IMG/VR virus record: IMGVR_UViG_3300026549_000895
Location: 1 to 64,000 of that record
Length of the DNA: 64,000 bases
Reading direction: 5' to 3' (one strand)
Source of the DNA: a virus
Lineage: Duplodnaviria; Caudoviricetes
Under the pieces are notes generated by a model that did not search any database, was not told the DNA's origin, and worked only from the letters and a program-made list of their open reading frames with translations. Made by a program: the position numbers and the translations under genes. Shown piece after piece: positions 51,569 to 61,898 of the stretch (positions are counted from its first letter, which is position 1; each line of letters begins with the position of its first letter).

Positions 51569-51639
51569 TAATTAAAAACCTCCTTTTGAATTTGATTGGT
51601 GTTATTCATTAAAATGATATATTTACATTAAATATTATT

Positions 51640-52240
51640 TCTCTCAAATAAGCCCGAAGGCGGAAGTTTTTATATTTGGCTCCGCCTGAAATTATCTGCG
51701 AATAGTATTTCTATTTATAGCAGTTTGACAAAATAGATGTCGATACTGATAAGCGACAAATTATTCAAATATAGATACTTCCTTGAGAAGTATCTATATT
51801 TAGTAGCCTGAATAGTAGAAGACCGAGTTGGTTATTGAAAAAGAAAAGTTGGAAAAATTATCTTCAATTTTGCAGATGATTTCAATGTTTATTTGAACGA
51901 AGGAAATCATACGAACGAAGTGAGTATGATGACTGAGTGAAAATTGGAACATTGAAATCTATCACTCTCCGCAGGAGAGTTACTTGAAGCTGCAAAATTG
52001 AGAACAAATTCTTTCAAATTAGAAAAAGAAAAATAATTAATAGTCTTGTGAAATCATATATTTTTATTCAAATTTTTGAATAATTGTGCGTTTTTACATA
52101 ACTACATAGTAATTTATTTTCTATTATATTTTATTATATGATATAATATATAATAAGATAATAAGCAAATATTATTTAACAATATATTCTTGTAGTTATT
52201 ACATCACCTTTTATATACCCCCGCGAGAATTTTCATATCT
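51640..52240. other. Long AT-rich non-coding region with nested inverted repeats; candidate replication origin or structured nucleic acid
   Basis: 15-bp hairpin 51767-51801; branched structure 51864-52001; very AT-rich tract ~52050-52200; adjacent to primase. Confidence 0.5.
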
Positions 52241-52291
52241 CGCGGAAAAGAAAAAAGAATATCCCCCGGTTTAACCGGGGGATATTAAAAC

Positions 52292-53059
52292 TTAATTGAT
52301 TACCAAATCAATCTGCTTCACCATCATTGCGAGACGCATTGCCGATCCCTTCAAGTGCTGAATATTTTCTTTATCTTCTTCATTGAGATCTGACATTGCT
52401 CCAATATTTACAAAGTTCCGGCTATTATTAATTTGAAGCATACAAGTGTCTTTGAGGCTCATAAGCTGTTCATTGTTAAAGGTATTCAGAGTATACTCAT
52501 CTACTACATCTACCAAATGATCCATGATTGTTGTGGTTCCTTTAATAATATCTGAAAAGGACATATCATCCTTTTCGTTATTGACTTTTGATATCTCGGT
52601 AGTTATATCAATATATTTATTTAGACGAGATTCTGTATTATTAAATTCCTCAAGACATTTTCTGACCTCAATGGGAATATTGTTAATTTCAACGAATTCC
52701 TCATACTTCATTTGTTGAACAGCTTTTTCGTTTACATATGTGAATGAACTTTTAAGAAATGATATCATTTCTATTTTGAATATGTTCCAAACCTCGGAAC
52801 TGTGATCGTACATCTCAGGCTTTGAGGAAGTGAAGAATTCATTCACGAACTCACTGAATGAATTTAAGACTGCCTTCGTTTCCTCAATGAAAGCTTTTGA
52901 TAAAGAAACGAATTCGTCGGGAGAAAGATGTTCATCAATTGAAATACATCTTCCCTTTTCTATTGTTTCATACTCAGCACCAAGTATGAATTTTCCGTAT
53001 TTTTCAGTAATGCGGAAATGATCTTTTTTGAGATTTGAAATGATGATGTTATTATTCAT
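52292..53059 (-). CDS. Hypothetical early protein
   Basis: 255 aa; promoter motif ~53112-53136; hairpin at 52259-52285. Confidence 0.6.
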   Translation of the reverse strand: MNNNIIISNLKKDHFRITEKYGKFILGAEYETIEKGRCISIDEHLSPDEFVSLSKAFIEETKAVLNSFSEFVNEFFTSSKPEMYDHSSEVWNIFKIEMISFLKSSFTYVNEKAVQQMKYEEFVEINNIPIEVRKCLEEFNNTESRLNKYIDITTEISKVNNEKDDMSFSDIIKGTTTIMDHLVDVVDEYTLNTFNNEQLMSLKDTCMLQINNSRNFVNIGAMSDLNEEDKENIQHLKGSAMRLAMMVKQIDLVIN

Positions 53060-53195
53060 AATAATTTCCTTTCTGATATCACTTATAGGCAGATATCATT
53101 TCCTTATTTTATCATATTAAAGATATACATATGAAATGATGAAATAATATTTTGAACTCGGAAATAATGTCTCAATATTGAAATGAGGTGATTAT

Positions 53196-53540
53196 ATGGA
53201 AATAACCGATGAGACAATCATTCAGCATATTGGAGAACTTATGACAAAGCTTCGGAAGGATAAAGAACTTCAGACTCTTGCAAGAGAAAATGGAATTGAT
53301 GTTCAAAACACCATGGACCTCACTGAAGATACAATTGAAATTTATGTGATCAGTGTTGTGTCACTGCTGTTGGCAAAACGTTCCGGCGATCCTAATTACA
53401 AAACAATGTGTTCTCTTGGACTCCAGAAACGATCTTTGAAAGCTGAACTTATTAACACTTACAAAGATCAGGCAATGCAGTTGATCAATGCTTGGAAAAT
53501 GAAATATCTAAGCAATCAACCAACAACAACTTTAGCTTGA
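53196..53540 (+). CDS. Small putative virion protein
   Basis: 114 aa, GAGGTGA RBS, start of plus-strand head-protein cluster. Confidence 0.5.
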   Translation: MEITDETIIQHIGELMTKLRKDKELQTLARENGIDVQNTMDLTEDTIEIYVISVVSLLLAKRSGDPNYKTMCSLGLQKRSLKAELINTYKDQAMQLINAWKMKYLSNQPTTTLA

Positions 53541-53678
53541 TAATATTTATAATTATACTATTATAAATATTACATAATTACCATTCATTAATTTACCGAC
53601 TTTATGAGTTACATCAGGGGGCTCTTGTAATAAGTGAATTCGAGTAAAAATATTATAACAAAGGAGCTAATGAAAAAT

Positions 53679-54707
53679 ATGGCTATGAAATACTCAGATC
53701 TCATGCTTGACTTCGAGACTGGCGACGCTTCATTTGAAGATATGTATGTCCAGGAAGCAGTCGGCAAGATAAATGTTGCATCTGCAATATTTGATAATGA
53801 ATATAGAATTGCTGAGACTCCCGAGGGTGTTAATGCATCTTATGTTCAGGAAGCTGCTGATGCAGGTCTTCCGGCTACTCAGGATTCTGCTAAGAGTGCA
53901 GCAACTCAGGCAGTAGGCCAGCAGCTTATTGCTACATATGACCTCGTTCTTTCTTCTGCAAGAAAGATCAAGGAATCTACAGGAAAGGCTCTTAAGAGCA
54001 TCTATACAATCGGCAAGTCTTATGGACTTTCTAAGGACAGCGAGGCTGCTGACTTCGCTAAGAAGCTTGCTCAGCTTATCGTTACTGATAACGGCTCTTC
54101 TAAGCTCGTTCAGGTTAAGCACCTTCCTGGTTCTAAGGTAGTTCAGATCAACGGCAAACACTTCCTCAAGGGCGGCAAGGCTTCATCTCTCGCAGAGAAG
54201 TTCGCTAAGGGTTACAATGCTGCATCTGCTGCATTCGGTCTCGACATCTCCAAGATCTATGACGATGCTTCTATTGTTTCATTCCTTGGTAAGAGTGCAA
54301 CAAGCGTTCCCAGTGGTGCTGGTACTCTCACTGATGTAGCTGACCTTCTTTCCACATTCGGAACAATGCTCAGCTCTGAGGCTAAGCTCAGTGGCGAAGG
54401 TTCTTTTACAGATACTCTTTCTACAAGAGATCTCGAGAACGTATTCCTCGCTGTATATTCAATCAATAAGATCGCAAGCGCAGTAGCTATCGAGCTCGGC
54501 AACTCTTCTAACAAGAGTGGTGCTAAGTCTGCTATCTCTGACGTAATCTCTAAGACAGATGCTGGAAGTAAGTCTGTTACTAAGGCATGCGCTAAGATTG
54601 GTCAGAACGCTAAGGCTTGGGCTGATTCTGCTGTTAAGTACGCAGATGCAGTATCTAAGGGATTCTGTGATTCTGTATATGCTATCTCTGGTAGCATCAA
54701 TCGATAA
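53679..54707 (+). CDS. Abundant internal head protein (A/S/K-rich) with acidic propeptide
   Basis: Strong codon bias; YVQE|A twice in acidic N-terminus; start approximate (ATG 53670 or 53679 after AAGGAG). Confidence 0.6.
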   Translation: MAMKYSDLMLDFETGDASFEDMYVQEAVGKINVASAIFDNEYRIAETPEGVNASYVQEAADAGLPATQDSAKSAATQAVGQQLIATYDLVLSSARKIKESTGKALKSIYTIGKSYGLSKDSEAADFAKKLAQLIVTDNGSSKLVQVKHLPGSKVVQINGKHFLKGGKASSLAEKFAKGYNAASAAFGLDISKIYDDASIVSFLGKSATSVPSGAGTLTDVADLLSTFGTMLSSEAKLSGEGSFTDTLSTRDLENVFLAVYSINKIASAVAIELGNSSNKSGAKSAISDVISKTDAGSKSVTKACAKIGQNAKAWADSAVKYADAVSKGFCDSVYAISGSINR

Positions 54708-54725
54708 GAAAGGAGATAATGTAAA

Positions 54726-55838
54726 ATGAGTTACACATACAACGATTTCGTTATGGAAGCTGCAATGGTTGAAGCAACCAATGATACAGAAGTATCAGAC
54801 ATTCAGATGGAACAGTGGAATGCGGAGTTCAATGTAGCATGTGCTGCATTTGATGCACTCAGAAAATATTCTCTGATCGCTGAGTATGCTCAGTGTGACG
54901 TTGAAGAGTTCGTTCAGGAATCTCTTGATGACAAGATCAACAAGGTTGATGACTGGAAGAACAGCGGTGGTAAGATGAAGAAGGTTCTTGGAACTATTGT
55001 TTCAGGTCTTCTCAAGGCTTTCCGTGCAGTAGCGAAATTCTTCAAGAACCTTTTCTCAAAGGAGAATAATCCTTTTGCAAAGGCTGCTCGTTTCATTAAG
55101 AAATATAAGGAAGGCAAACATGATCGTGAGATCAAGAAGGGTGTCCGCAAAATAGAGAAGGAAGCAACATCTAATAAGGGTCTTGCTAACACAGTTGCAG
55201 ACATGTCCGGTGAAATGGATGCAAAGGATAAGAAAATCGCATATCTCGAAAGAAAATGTGATAATCTTGTTAAGCAGGCTAAGCACTGGGCATCTGTTGC
55301 AAGAGGATACGCTACTGAGTATGATAAGCTCGTGACATATGTAGGTGAACTCAAGAATGCACTCAAGAAATCAAATTCTGAGAAGGATAGACTGCAGGGT
55401 GTAATCATCGAAAAGTGCAATATGATTGACCGTTGCTGTGAAAATATCTTTAAGCAGCAGGGTATGCATAATAAAGCACAGGGCAAGAAATACAGCGAGG
55501 AAGGCAGAGAAATACTCAGAGAGAATGAGTATAAAGATTTTGCTGATCAAATGCCTACTCTTGATACTGCTGAAAAAGCATATGAGAGTGCTGCTAACGA
55601 TACTGCCAAAGCAACTGCGTCCGCCGAAAAGGTTGTTTCTGTAATGGAAGATCTCCAGGAATCTATTGCAAATGGTGAGTTCGGAACTGAAGCAATGAAT
55701 GCTATCAAAAATACAGCAGGAAATCTCAACAAGGTTGTTCAGGATTCAAATAACTTTGGAAAGGCTGCACAGAAGCTTACTGTATCAGAAGCAGGTGCTG
55801 CAGCTAAGCAGGGTCTTCCTTCTGAATACTTTGTGTGA
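54726..55838 (+). CDS. Internal head/ejection protein with propeptide, amphipathic helix and coiled coil
   Basis: FVME|A, FVQE|S, then VLGTIVSGLLKAFRAVAKFFKNLF. Confidence 0.6.
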   Translation: MSYTYNDFVMEAAMVEATNDTEVSDIQMEQWNAEFNVACAAFDALRKYSLIAEYAQCDVEEFVQESLDDKINKVDDWKNSGGKMKKVLGTIVSGLLKAFRAVAKFFKNLFSKENNPFAKAARFIKKYKEGKHDREIKKGVRKIEKEATSNKGLANTVADMSGEMDAKDKKIAYLERKCDNLVKQAKHWASVARGYATEYDKLVTYVGELKNALKKSNSEKDRLQGVIIEKCNMIDRCCENIFKQQGMHNKAQGKKYSEEGREILRENEYKDFADQMPTLDTAEKAYESAANDTAKATASAEKVVSVMEDLQESIANGEFGTEAMNAIKNTAGNLNKVVQDSNNFGKAAQKLTVSEAGAAAKQGLPSEYFV

Positions 55839-55858
55839 GTCAACTTTGAAACAATAAA

Positions 55859-56143
55859 ATGCTGACGGCGGTTATCCTTTCTAAAGACGAAGCGTTTCCT
55901 GTTGCAAGAACATCGAAATGTGACGTTGTATCAAAAGGAACAATAAAGGATGGGGATACCATTGAAGTGGTATCACCCATCTTTTCATCAGTCAACTTCA
56001 AAGAGAAATCTTTGAAAACTTCTTCAACAATATCAGTTCCAGCTAAGATTGTTTCAAATAACGATGGTTATGTAAATGATCCAGAAGTAGGAAGATTGAT
56101 ATGTGAGGACTCCGACGTGGATAGTATGTTTGTTGAGTTATAA
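55859..56143 (+). CDS. Hypothetical protein
   Basis: 94 aa in operon. Confidence 0.5.
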   Translation: MLTAVILSKDEAFPVARTSKCDVVSKGTIKDGDTIEVVSPIFSSVNFKEKSLKTSSTISVPAKIVSNNDGYVNDPEVGRLICEDSDVDSMFVEL

Positions 56144-56168
56144 TAAATGAAAAGGATGGTGATTATAA

Positions 56169-56579
56169 ATGGACTCAGAAACAAAAACTCTGTTACCCTC
56201 GTTGCTAAGTTATATAAATTCTGATCTGTTTTCTTTCTCATCCATTTCGACATCGATGGAATTCAACAAAGCTGATGATGTGGATCCAACACTGATTGAC
56301 AAATGGGCGGCTGTGATATCATATCTCCCATTAAAGTTTTATCAGGTAATTGAATCGTATCCAGATATGATTCAATGGGAAGAATTCGATAAAAAGTATT
56401 CAAGGAATCCAAAAATGTTTGCATACGAAAAGTATGGTTCAACAAACATGTGGGCTCCTATCATGATACTTAATCGATGTCCATCTATCATTGACTTTGA
56501 TTTCGAGTTCATAAGATGCTATAATATACAGACATTTTCGAAAGTCCTGTCGGTACTAATTTCGAGAGTTAGTGGGTGA
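56169..56579 (+). CDS. Baseplate wedge protein, T4 gp53/LysM-like
   Basis: NPKMFAYEKYGSTNMWAPIMILN fits the gp53 pattern (P..lA...YG....W.il..N). Confidence 0.6.
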   Translation: MDSETKTLLPSLLSYINSDLFSFSSISTSMEFNKADDVDPTLIDKWAAVISYLPLKFYQVIESYPDMIQWEEFDKKYSRNPKMFAYEKYGSTNMWAPIMILNRCPSIIDFDFEFIRCYNIQTFSKVLSVLISRVSG

Positions 56580-57952
56580 TAATCTTGACAGATACGGAAG
56601 AGATAAAAAATCATCCAAATAATCGGAATGATAATAACTTCAATGAGGGAAAGACTAATTTGAATATCCGCGATACTGCAATGACATATCAATACGGCGG
56701 TTACTCACCGGATACAATGGCACGACAAATGTCGTTGTCTATTGCATGCCAATCCGGAACAGATGTGGTTCACTCTGTTGGAAATGTTACAGCTATTCTG
56801 ATGCAATTCATATTGGATCAGTTTCCATCTGGCACGTTTAAAACGGCGATTCCGTCAACTAAACTTGCACACAGACAGTTGAAGCAAACTCCAAAACAGA
56901 TAAGGACACAACCATATCCAATGTGTATTGTCAATCCACGTGTTTCGTTAATAGCGAACGATGATCGTTTTGGTGCAAATACATTCGCCGCAACGACATA
57001 CTTTTCTGCTTCGGATCGATATCAGAATCGCTCCGAGATGGCTCTTCTATTAAAGGACCCTCGGATTGGTATTGAATGGAGAGGAAAAATCAATCGACTT
57101 GTGTTGAATTTGGACTTTGTACTGGCGTTCAAATCAATCGCTGAACAAACGCGTTGGGCTTCATATTTGGCAAACAAGATACCAGTTGAGAATGGTTTCT
57201 TACCGGATATTGAAACGGCGTTAGAGTTGGCATTACCGGATGGATTCTTACAGGCTACTTCGGAATACATTGGAATCCCCGTAAAGGATAAGAATGGTTC
57301 AGTAGTACCTTTCATTGATTATTTGAATATGCATTCTGTATATCCAATATCATACAGATTCTCATCTGGTAGGCACAAAGATGCTTTCTATGCAAACTAC
57401 TCAGCACCTCTCTTATGCAGTATTTCTGGTTTCAATTATACGAATACTACTCGGACCGGTCAGGTAGAATCCGATTGTCCTATTACGTTCACGCTGCGAT
57501 GTGAATACACAACAATTGGTTTGTTTGAGTTGGCTCATCCAAACCCGGGTATGATCAGGATTCTTCCTTCTGAAGAGAGTGGTGTTGTGATACCGATTTT
57601 CTCCGACAATTTCAATGAAAAGGACTTCCCTTTGGAGTACGGGTGGGTCATCCACGCCAGGCCAATTTGTCAGATGGATTGGGGAGAACATGAGGTATCA
57701 TTCGAACCTATTTTGGGAGATGGAATAAATAAAGTCCTTGATTTTCATTTAAAACATCACTTGAAACCCGAACTCTTCATATCTATAAAGCTCCGAGAAA
57801 ATCATATACTGATAGATGATGGATATTATATCGATTGGGAAAACAAGAAGATTGTATTCACAACTATCTCGTATACACATACATACAGGGTCATCATAGC
57901 AGTCAACAAACTGTATATTCAAGATAACCTGATAAGTATGTATGGAAAATAA
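56576..57952 (+). CDS. Putative virion (neck/tail completion-like) protein
   Basis: 458 aa, coupled to gp53-like gene; context only. Confidence 0.4.
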   Translation: MIILTDTEEIKNHPNNRNDNNFNEGKTNLNIRDTAMTYQYGGYSPDTMARQMSLSIACQSGTDVVHSVGNVTAILMQFILDQFPSGTFKTAIPSTKLAHRQLKQTPKQIRTQPYPMCIVNPRVSLIANDDRFGANTFAATTYFSASDRYQNRSEMALLLKDPRIGIEWRGKINRLVLNLDFVLAFKSIAEQTRWASYLANKIPVENGFLPDIETALELALPDGFLQATSEYIGIPVKDKNGSVVPFIDYLNMHSVYPISYRFSSGRHKDAFYANYSAPLLCSISGFNYTNTTRTGQVESDCPITFTLRCEYTTIGLFELAHPNPGMIRILPSEESGVVIPIFSDNFNEKDFPLEYGWVIHARPICQMDWGEHEVSFEPILGDGINKVLDFHLKHHLKPELFISIKLRENHILIDDGYYIDWENKKIVFTTISYTHTYRVIIAVNKLYIQDNLISMYGK

Positions 57953-57979
57953 ATTCAATACTTGAAAGGAGTATTCATC

Positions 57980-58231
57980 ATGTTTGGAATGAACTTTGAC
58001 ATTGATGAGGTTGCTGTTCAGGAAGCTTCCTATGATGCAGCTTCATCCTCATACAAGGATCTCTTTGAGGATAAGTTCACATCTTTCAATCCTGAGAACA
58101 TCGTAAGCTCTGGCAACAACAAGCTCAGAACTGATATGTACGATATGGAAATCGAAGATTCTGATCTTGCAATCGGCTATAAGAACGATCCCCCTGCAAC
58201 TGACCCTAAGATCGGTCGTTGGATGGACTAA
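57980..58231 (+). CDS. Small acidic head protein
   Basis: ATG after AAAGGAG; AVQE|A motif; hairpin at 58242-58264. Confidence 0.55.
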   Translation: MFGMNFDIDEVAVQEASYDAASSSYKDLFEDKFTSFNPENIVSSGNNKLRTDMYDMEIEDSDLAIGYKNDPPATDPKIGRWMD

Positions 58232-58294
58232 TCTGTTGAATACCACCCCGGTCTCCGGGGTGGTGTTTAATTTATTTAGAAAGGAATTTTTATT

Positions 58295-58822
58295 ATGGAA
58301 AAAGAAATTGGGATTTCATTTCCTGGTTCTTCTTTGAGTGATTCGGCTTTCTATAACGAACATTTAGAAAACTCTTCAAATGAGGGACAATTCACACAGG
58401 AAGGATACTTTATTGATAATATCATAGACACTTTTCCACAAGACTTCTTGATAGCAATGGGAGGACCTATTGGCGCCGCAATATCTATCGCATGTGGTAA
58501 TACGTTTGGTATTGATCATTTGGAAAAAGCCTTCAAATGTGCAAAAAATAAAGATGAAAAAGGCTTCAGAAAACAAATGCGCAGAGCTGCTCAATCTTTT
58601 AAGAGAGCTTCGATTACAAAAATTATAAATAAGGAAAAGGTTGCAAAAGTTCAAACTCTTGGATCATTCTGTGATATTATGGCAGATGGTGTATATAACG
58701 ATCTTCCGTATAAGAAAGACATTGAGGATTTGTTCGGCAAAATTCTCAAAGATGTTTGTAACATGGATGTTCCAAACAAAGAACAACAGCCGAATAGCGC
58801 TACTGATACCGATGTTGATTAA
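58295..58822 (+). CDS. Putative head-packaged protein
   Basis: FTQE|G after an acidic leader; hairpin at 58827-58848. Confidence 0.5.
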   Translation: MEKEIGISFPGSSLSDSAFYNEHLENSSNEGQFTQEGYFIDNIIDTFPQDFLIAMGGPIGAAISIACGNTFGIDHLEKAFKCAKNKDEKGFRKQMRRAAQSFKRASITKIINKEKVAKVQTLGSFCDIMADGVYNDLPYKKDIEDLFGKILKDVCNMDVPNKEQQPNSATDTDVD

Positions 58823-58907
58823 AGATAAGCCCCCTTATTAGGGGGCTTTCCTTTTGACGTTTTGATAATTTCTACTACTGTATTATTTAATAAGGAGGAT
58901 TATCGAA

Positions 58908-61898
58908 ATGGAATATATTTTCGAAGCTAAAATAAATACTGAAGATAGAAACAAATTACCAGATTCAGCATTTGGTATTCCATCAAAAAGGAAATATCCA
59001 TTGACTGATGAAAACCATGTTCTTCAAGCTGTTCGTTTCTTCAACAAAGCACCTGAAGAAGATAAATCCGAATTAGCACATAACATCGTAAAACGTGCTA
59101 AAGAACTTAATATGGATTGGGAAAAATGGGATGTCTTAAAACCATATCTTGATAAACCTATTGAGGAAGCATATACTAAGGATTTACATTCTACACCAGA
59201 AGCAGATAAGATATGTGCATACTTATGTAAGTCTGTGGAATACGATAATGCTTCGCCTAAAACATGGAGACTTAAATCTCCTGACGAACTTACAGATCAT
59301 AACAAGGGTAATTGTCATGATACCGCTTGGTATGTCTTCAATAACTTGGATGCTTATGCAAAGCACCCGGTTGACAAAGGTATTCTTTTCTTTATTGAAT
59401 ATAAAGAAGGAAAGACGGAAGGTGGTCAAACACATTCTGTTTGTTATGAAAAGATACCTGATGGAATCTGTATCATAGAATGCTCATGGCAAGGTATGCG
59501 TGGTACATTTCCATATAACGACATCAATGAATATATCTCTGTTGTTAAAAACAATTGGGAATTCACAGGTGATAATGATAAACTTTATGCAACTGAAATA
59601 AAGCATACATCTCAAATTCATCCCGGTATGACTCTGGGTGAATATGTATCCGTTGCAATGAAGAATAAAGAAATCATTACGGAATCATATGTACCACATC
59701 CTGATGATGACTACACATCAGGTACATCAGATTTCAATCACGATGACGATGATCCTGATGATTGTTACTGTGAATCTGACAAAGAACGTGTTAACGATAA
59801 AGGAGAAATAGTACCAGATAAATGTACTAAATGTGATTCTCCTATTGAAATATATCTTAAGGGTGAACCCGTTTATTTATGTTCTAATAAGAAATGTGGT
59901 AAGTACTATGGTACTGTTCCATGCAACATAAATGAATCGCATCAAATGTCAGAAACACAAGCGTTCTACAAACGTTGGTTTGATTCTAAAGCCAAAGAAG
60001 ATTTAGATAAAGCAAAGAATATTGCTAAACAGATACATGAAAAATATGAATCTGATAAGCAACCTCCATGCGGAAACCAAAATTGTATGCTGTGTACTAT
60101 GTGTGCCGAAGCACAATTTAGAGGAATTAATATTCTTCCACGACCAGTATATTCACCACGTGATCCGGTATTGAAAATACTTGGTGAATCGATCGTTAAG
60201 AATCCAATACATAAATCAATCAAATCAGGTTTCGATGATATGCTTGATTTAGCAACAGAACCCAGAGATGCCAGATGGTATTGTCATGTAAAATGGAAGA
60301 ATGGAAATGGTGGTCATGAATTTCTTCTTCTTAACATTAATCAGCATCTTTATGTTATGGATGCTCAACAAGGAATCGTTACTCTGAATATAGAATCAGA
60401 ATACTTCAAAGATGTTGATTATTCGGAATCATATATTTGTCGTCTTGATAACTGTGAATTGAATGAATCTTTATTGAATGAAATGAATGATCCAAAGAAC
60501 ACTCTACCTTGGAATGCTACATTGGATATTCCATTTATGCTCAAGGAAGGAATGTTAACAGAGGAAGAAGCTGAAGAGTATTGGCAGGAACATCCTGATG
60601 AAAGACCAGTTCAAGAATCTAAAATGATTCTGAATTCAAATGATTCAAGAATTCCCAAACTAATGTGTGAAGGATGGAAGATAGCTGGTACTACTATAAA
60701 CAATGAATATATTCTCATCCAAGAAGGCTATGATGATATATCGTTGCATGTATCATTGGTTCCTGCCACAATGTCAGATGTTCCCAATATGGAAGCTTGG
60801 GAATATGAATGTATGAAAGATGCATATCCTAACAGAGAAATACCTGAATCCGAAGTTGATAAACTGAAAGCCGAACTTCATCAGGATGCAATTGATTCAG
60901 TTCATAAAACAAGAATGATTCAATATGATGGTCAAACAATCGGTATGCTAACTGCATACAACGTTCTTGATGATCAATATTGGTACATTGCCGAAATATA
61001 TTTGATTGAAGAATACAGAGGTAAAGGTATTGCCAAATATATTCTCAAGAATGAGATTGATCAGCATGATAAGTTGATTCTGAATGTATATCAGAATAAT
61101 AAACACGCCATTGAGTTATATAAATCATTGGGATTTGAAATAACTCAGGATGGCGATGGTCGTTTTATAATGGAACTTGATAAAACGAAACATAAAACAA
61201 AATACCAACCTTCCAATGTATTCACTCTGGATGAATATAAAAGAGCTAACAAGTATCGTTCGGTAATAGTTGGAGAAATACATAATTCTTCAATGTTGAA
61301 ATACTATGATAAACTTCTATCGGAAAGAAAACCCGAATACTTCATATCCGAGTTTGCTCACGAAGATAGAGTGTTATCTTTACCTGAACTGAAACAGAAA
61401 CTTGATATGGCTACGAATGGTGAATTCAAACCCGGTATTCCTGATTATCAAGATAATTATGCAATTTACAAACTTGCATATGATCATGGTTGTAAATTGA
61501 TTGGTTGTGACTTGAATAATGGAAAGCATTATAATCGTATGCATGATGAAGATCATGAACGTGAAGCATATATGTTGAAGGTATTAGAAGAGTTTGAAAA
61601 TACCAACTTCGTTTGTCAACTCGGAGATCATCATCTTAGAAGTATTCCAATAACCAAGGAATTCCTTGATTATTGTGGTGATACAAAAGATGACAGAGGA
61701 ATTGTTTCCGATTTAACTGTTGACAATGCTTCTCCTATATGGGTATATTTTACTCATGAGCCAAAGGATGTTGCAATACTTCGTGAACCCAATGAATTGA
61801 AGAATGAATTGGATTTCATAAATCAACAAACAATTCAGGAAGAATATTGGCAGGACATCAAGAATGGAGTTAATCCGAAATCGAAAGATGATGAATGA
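58908..61898 (+). CDS. Multi-enzyme polyprotein: small helical domain, two papain/transglutaminase-like domains, Zn ribbon, GNAT acetyltransferase, EreA/ChaN/TIKI-like domain
   Basis: GNCHD...THS...IE; CTKC...CSNKKC; NQNCMLC...GGHEF...MDAQ; EEYRGKGIA...NKHAIELYKSLGF; IVGEIH...RE..M...LGDHHL. Confidence 0.75.
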   Translation: MEYIFEAKINTEDRNKLPDSAFGIPSKRKYPLTDENHVLQAVRFFNKAPEEDKSELAHNIVKRAKELNMDWEKWDVLKPYLDKPIEEAYTKDLHSTPEADKICAYLCKSVEYDNASPKTWRLKSPDELTDHNKGNCHDTAWYVFNNLDAYAKHPVDKGILFFIEYKEGKTEGGQTHSVCYEKIPDGICIIECSWQGMRGTFPYNDINEYISVVKNNWEFTGDNDKLYATEIKHTSQIHPGMTLGEYVSVAMKNKEIITESYVPHPDDDYTSGTSDFNHDDDDPDDCYCESDKERVNDKGEIVPDKCTKCDSPIEIYLKGEPVYLCSNKKCGKYYGTVPCNINESHQMSETQAFYKRWFDSKAKEDLDKAKNIAKQIHEKYESDKQPPCGNQNCMLCTMCAEAQFRGINILPRPVYSPRDPVLKILGESIVKNPIHKSIKSGFDDMLDLATEPRDARWYCHVKWKNGNGGHEFLLLNINQHLYVMDAQQGIVTLNIESEYFKDVDYSESYICRLDNCELNESLLNEMNDPKNTLPWNATLDIPFMLKEGMLTEEEAEEYWQEHPDERPVQESKMILNSNDSRIPKLMCEGWKIAGTTINNEYILIQEGYDDISLHVSLVPATMSDVPNMEAWEYECMKDAYPNREIPESEVDKLKAELHQDAIDSVHKTRMIQYDGQTIGMLTAYNVLDDQYWYIAEIYLIEEYRGKGIAKYILKNEIDQHDKLILNVYQNNKHAIELYKSLGFEITQDGDGRFIMELDKTKHKTKYQPSNVFTLDEYKRANKYRSVIVGEIHNSSMLKYYDKLLSERKPEYFISEFAHEDRVLSLPELKQKLDMATNGEFKPGIPDYQDNYAIYKLAYDHGCKLIGCDLNNGKHYNRMHDEDHEREAYMLKVLEEFENTNFVCQLGDHHLRSIPITKEFLDYCGDTKDDRGIVSDLTVDNASPIWVYFTHEPKDVAILREPNELKNELDFINQQTIQEEYWQDIKNGVNPKSKDDE

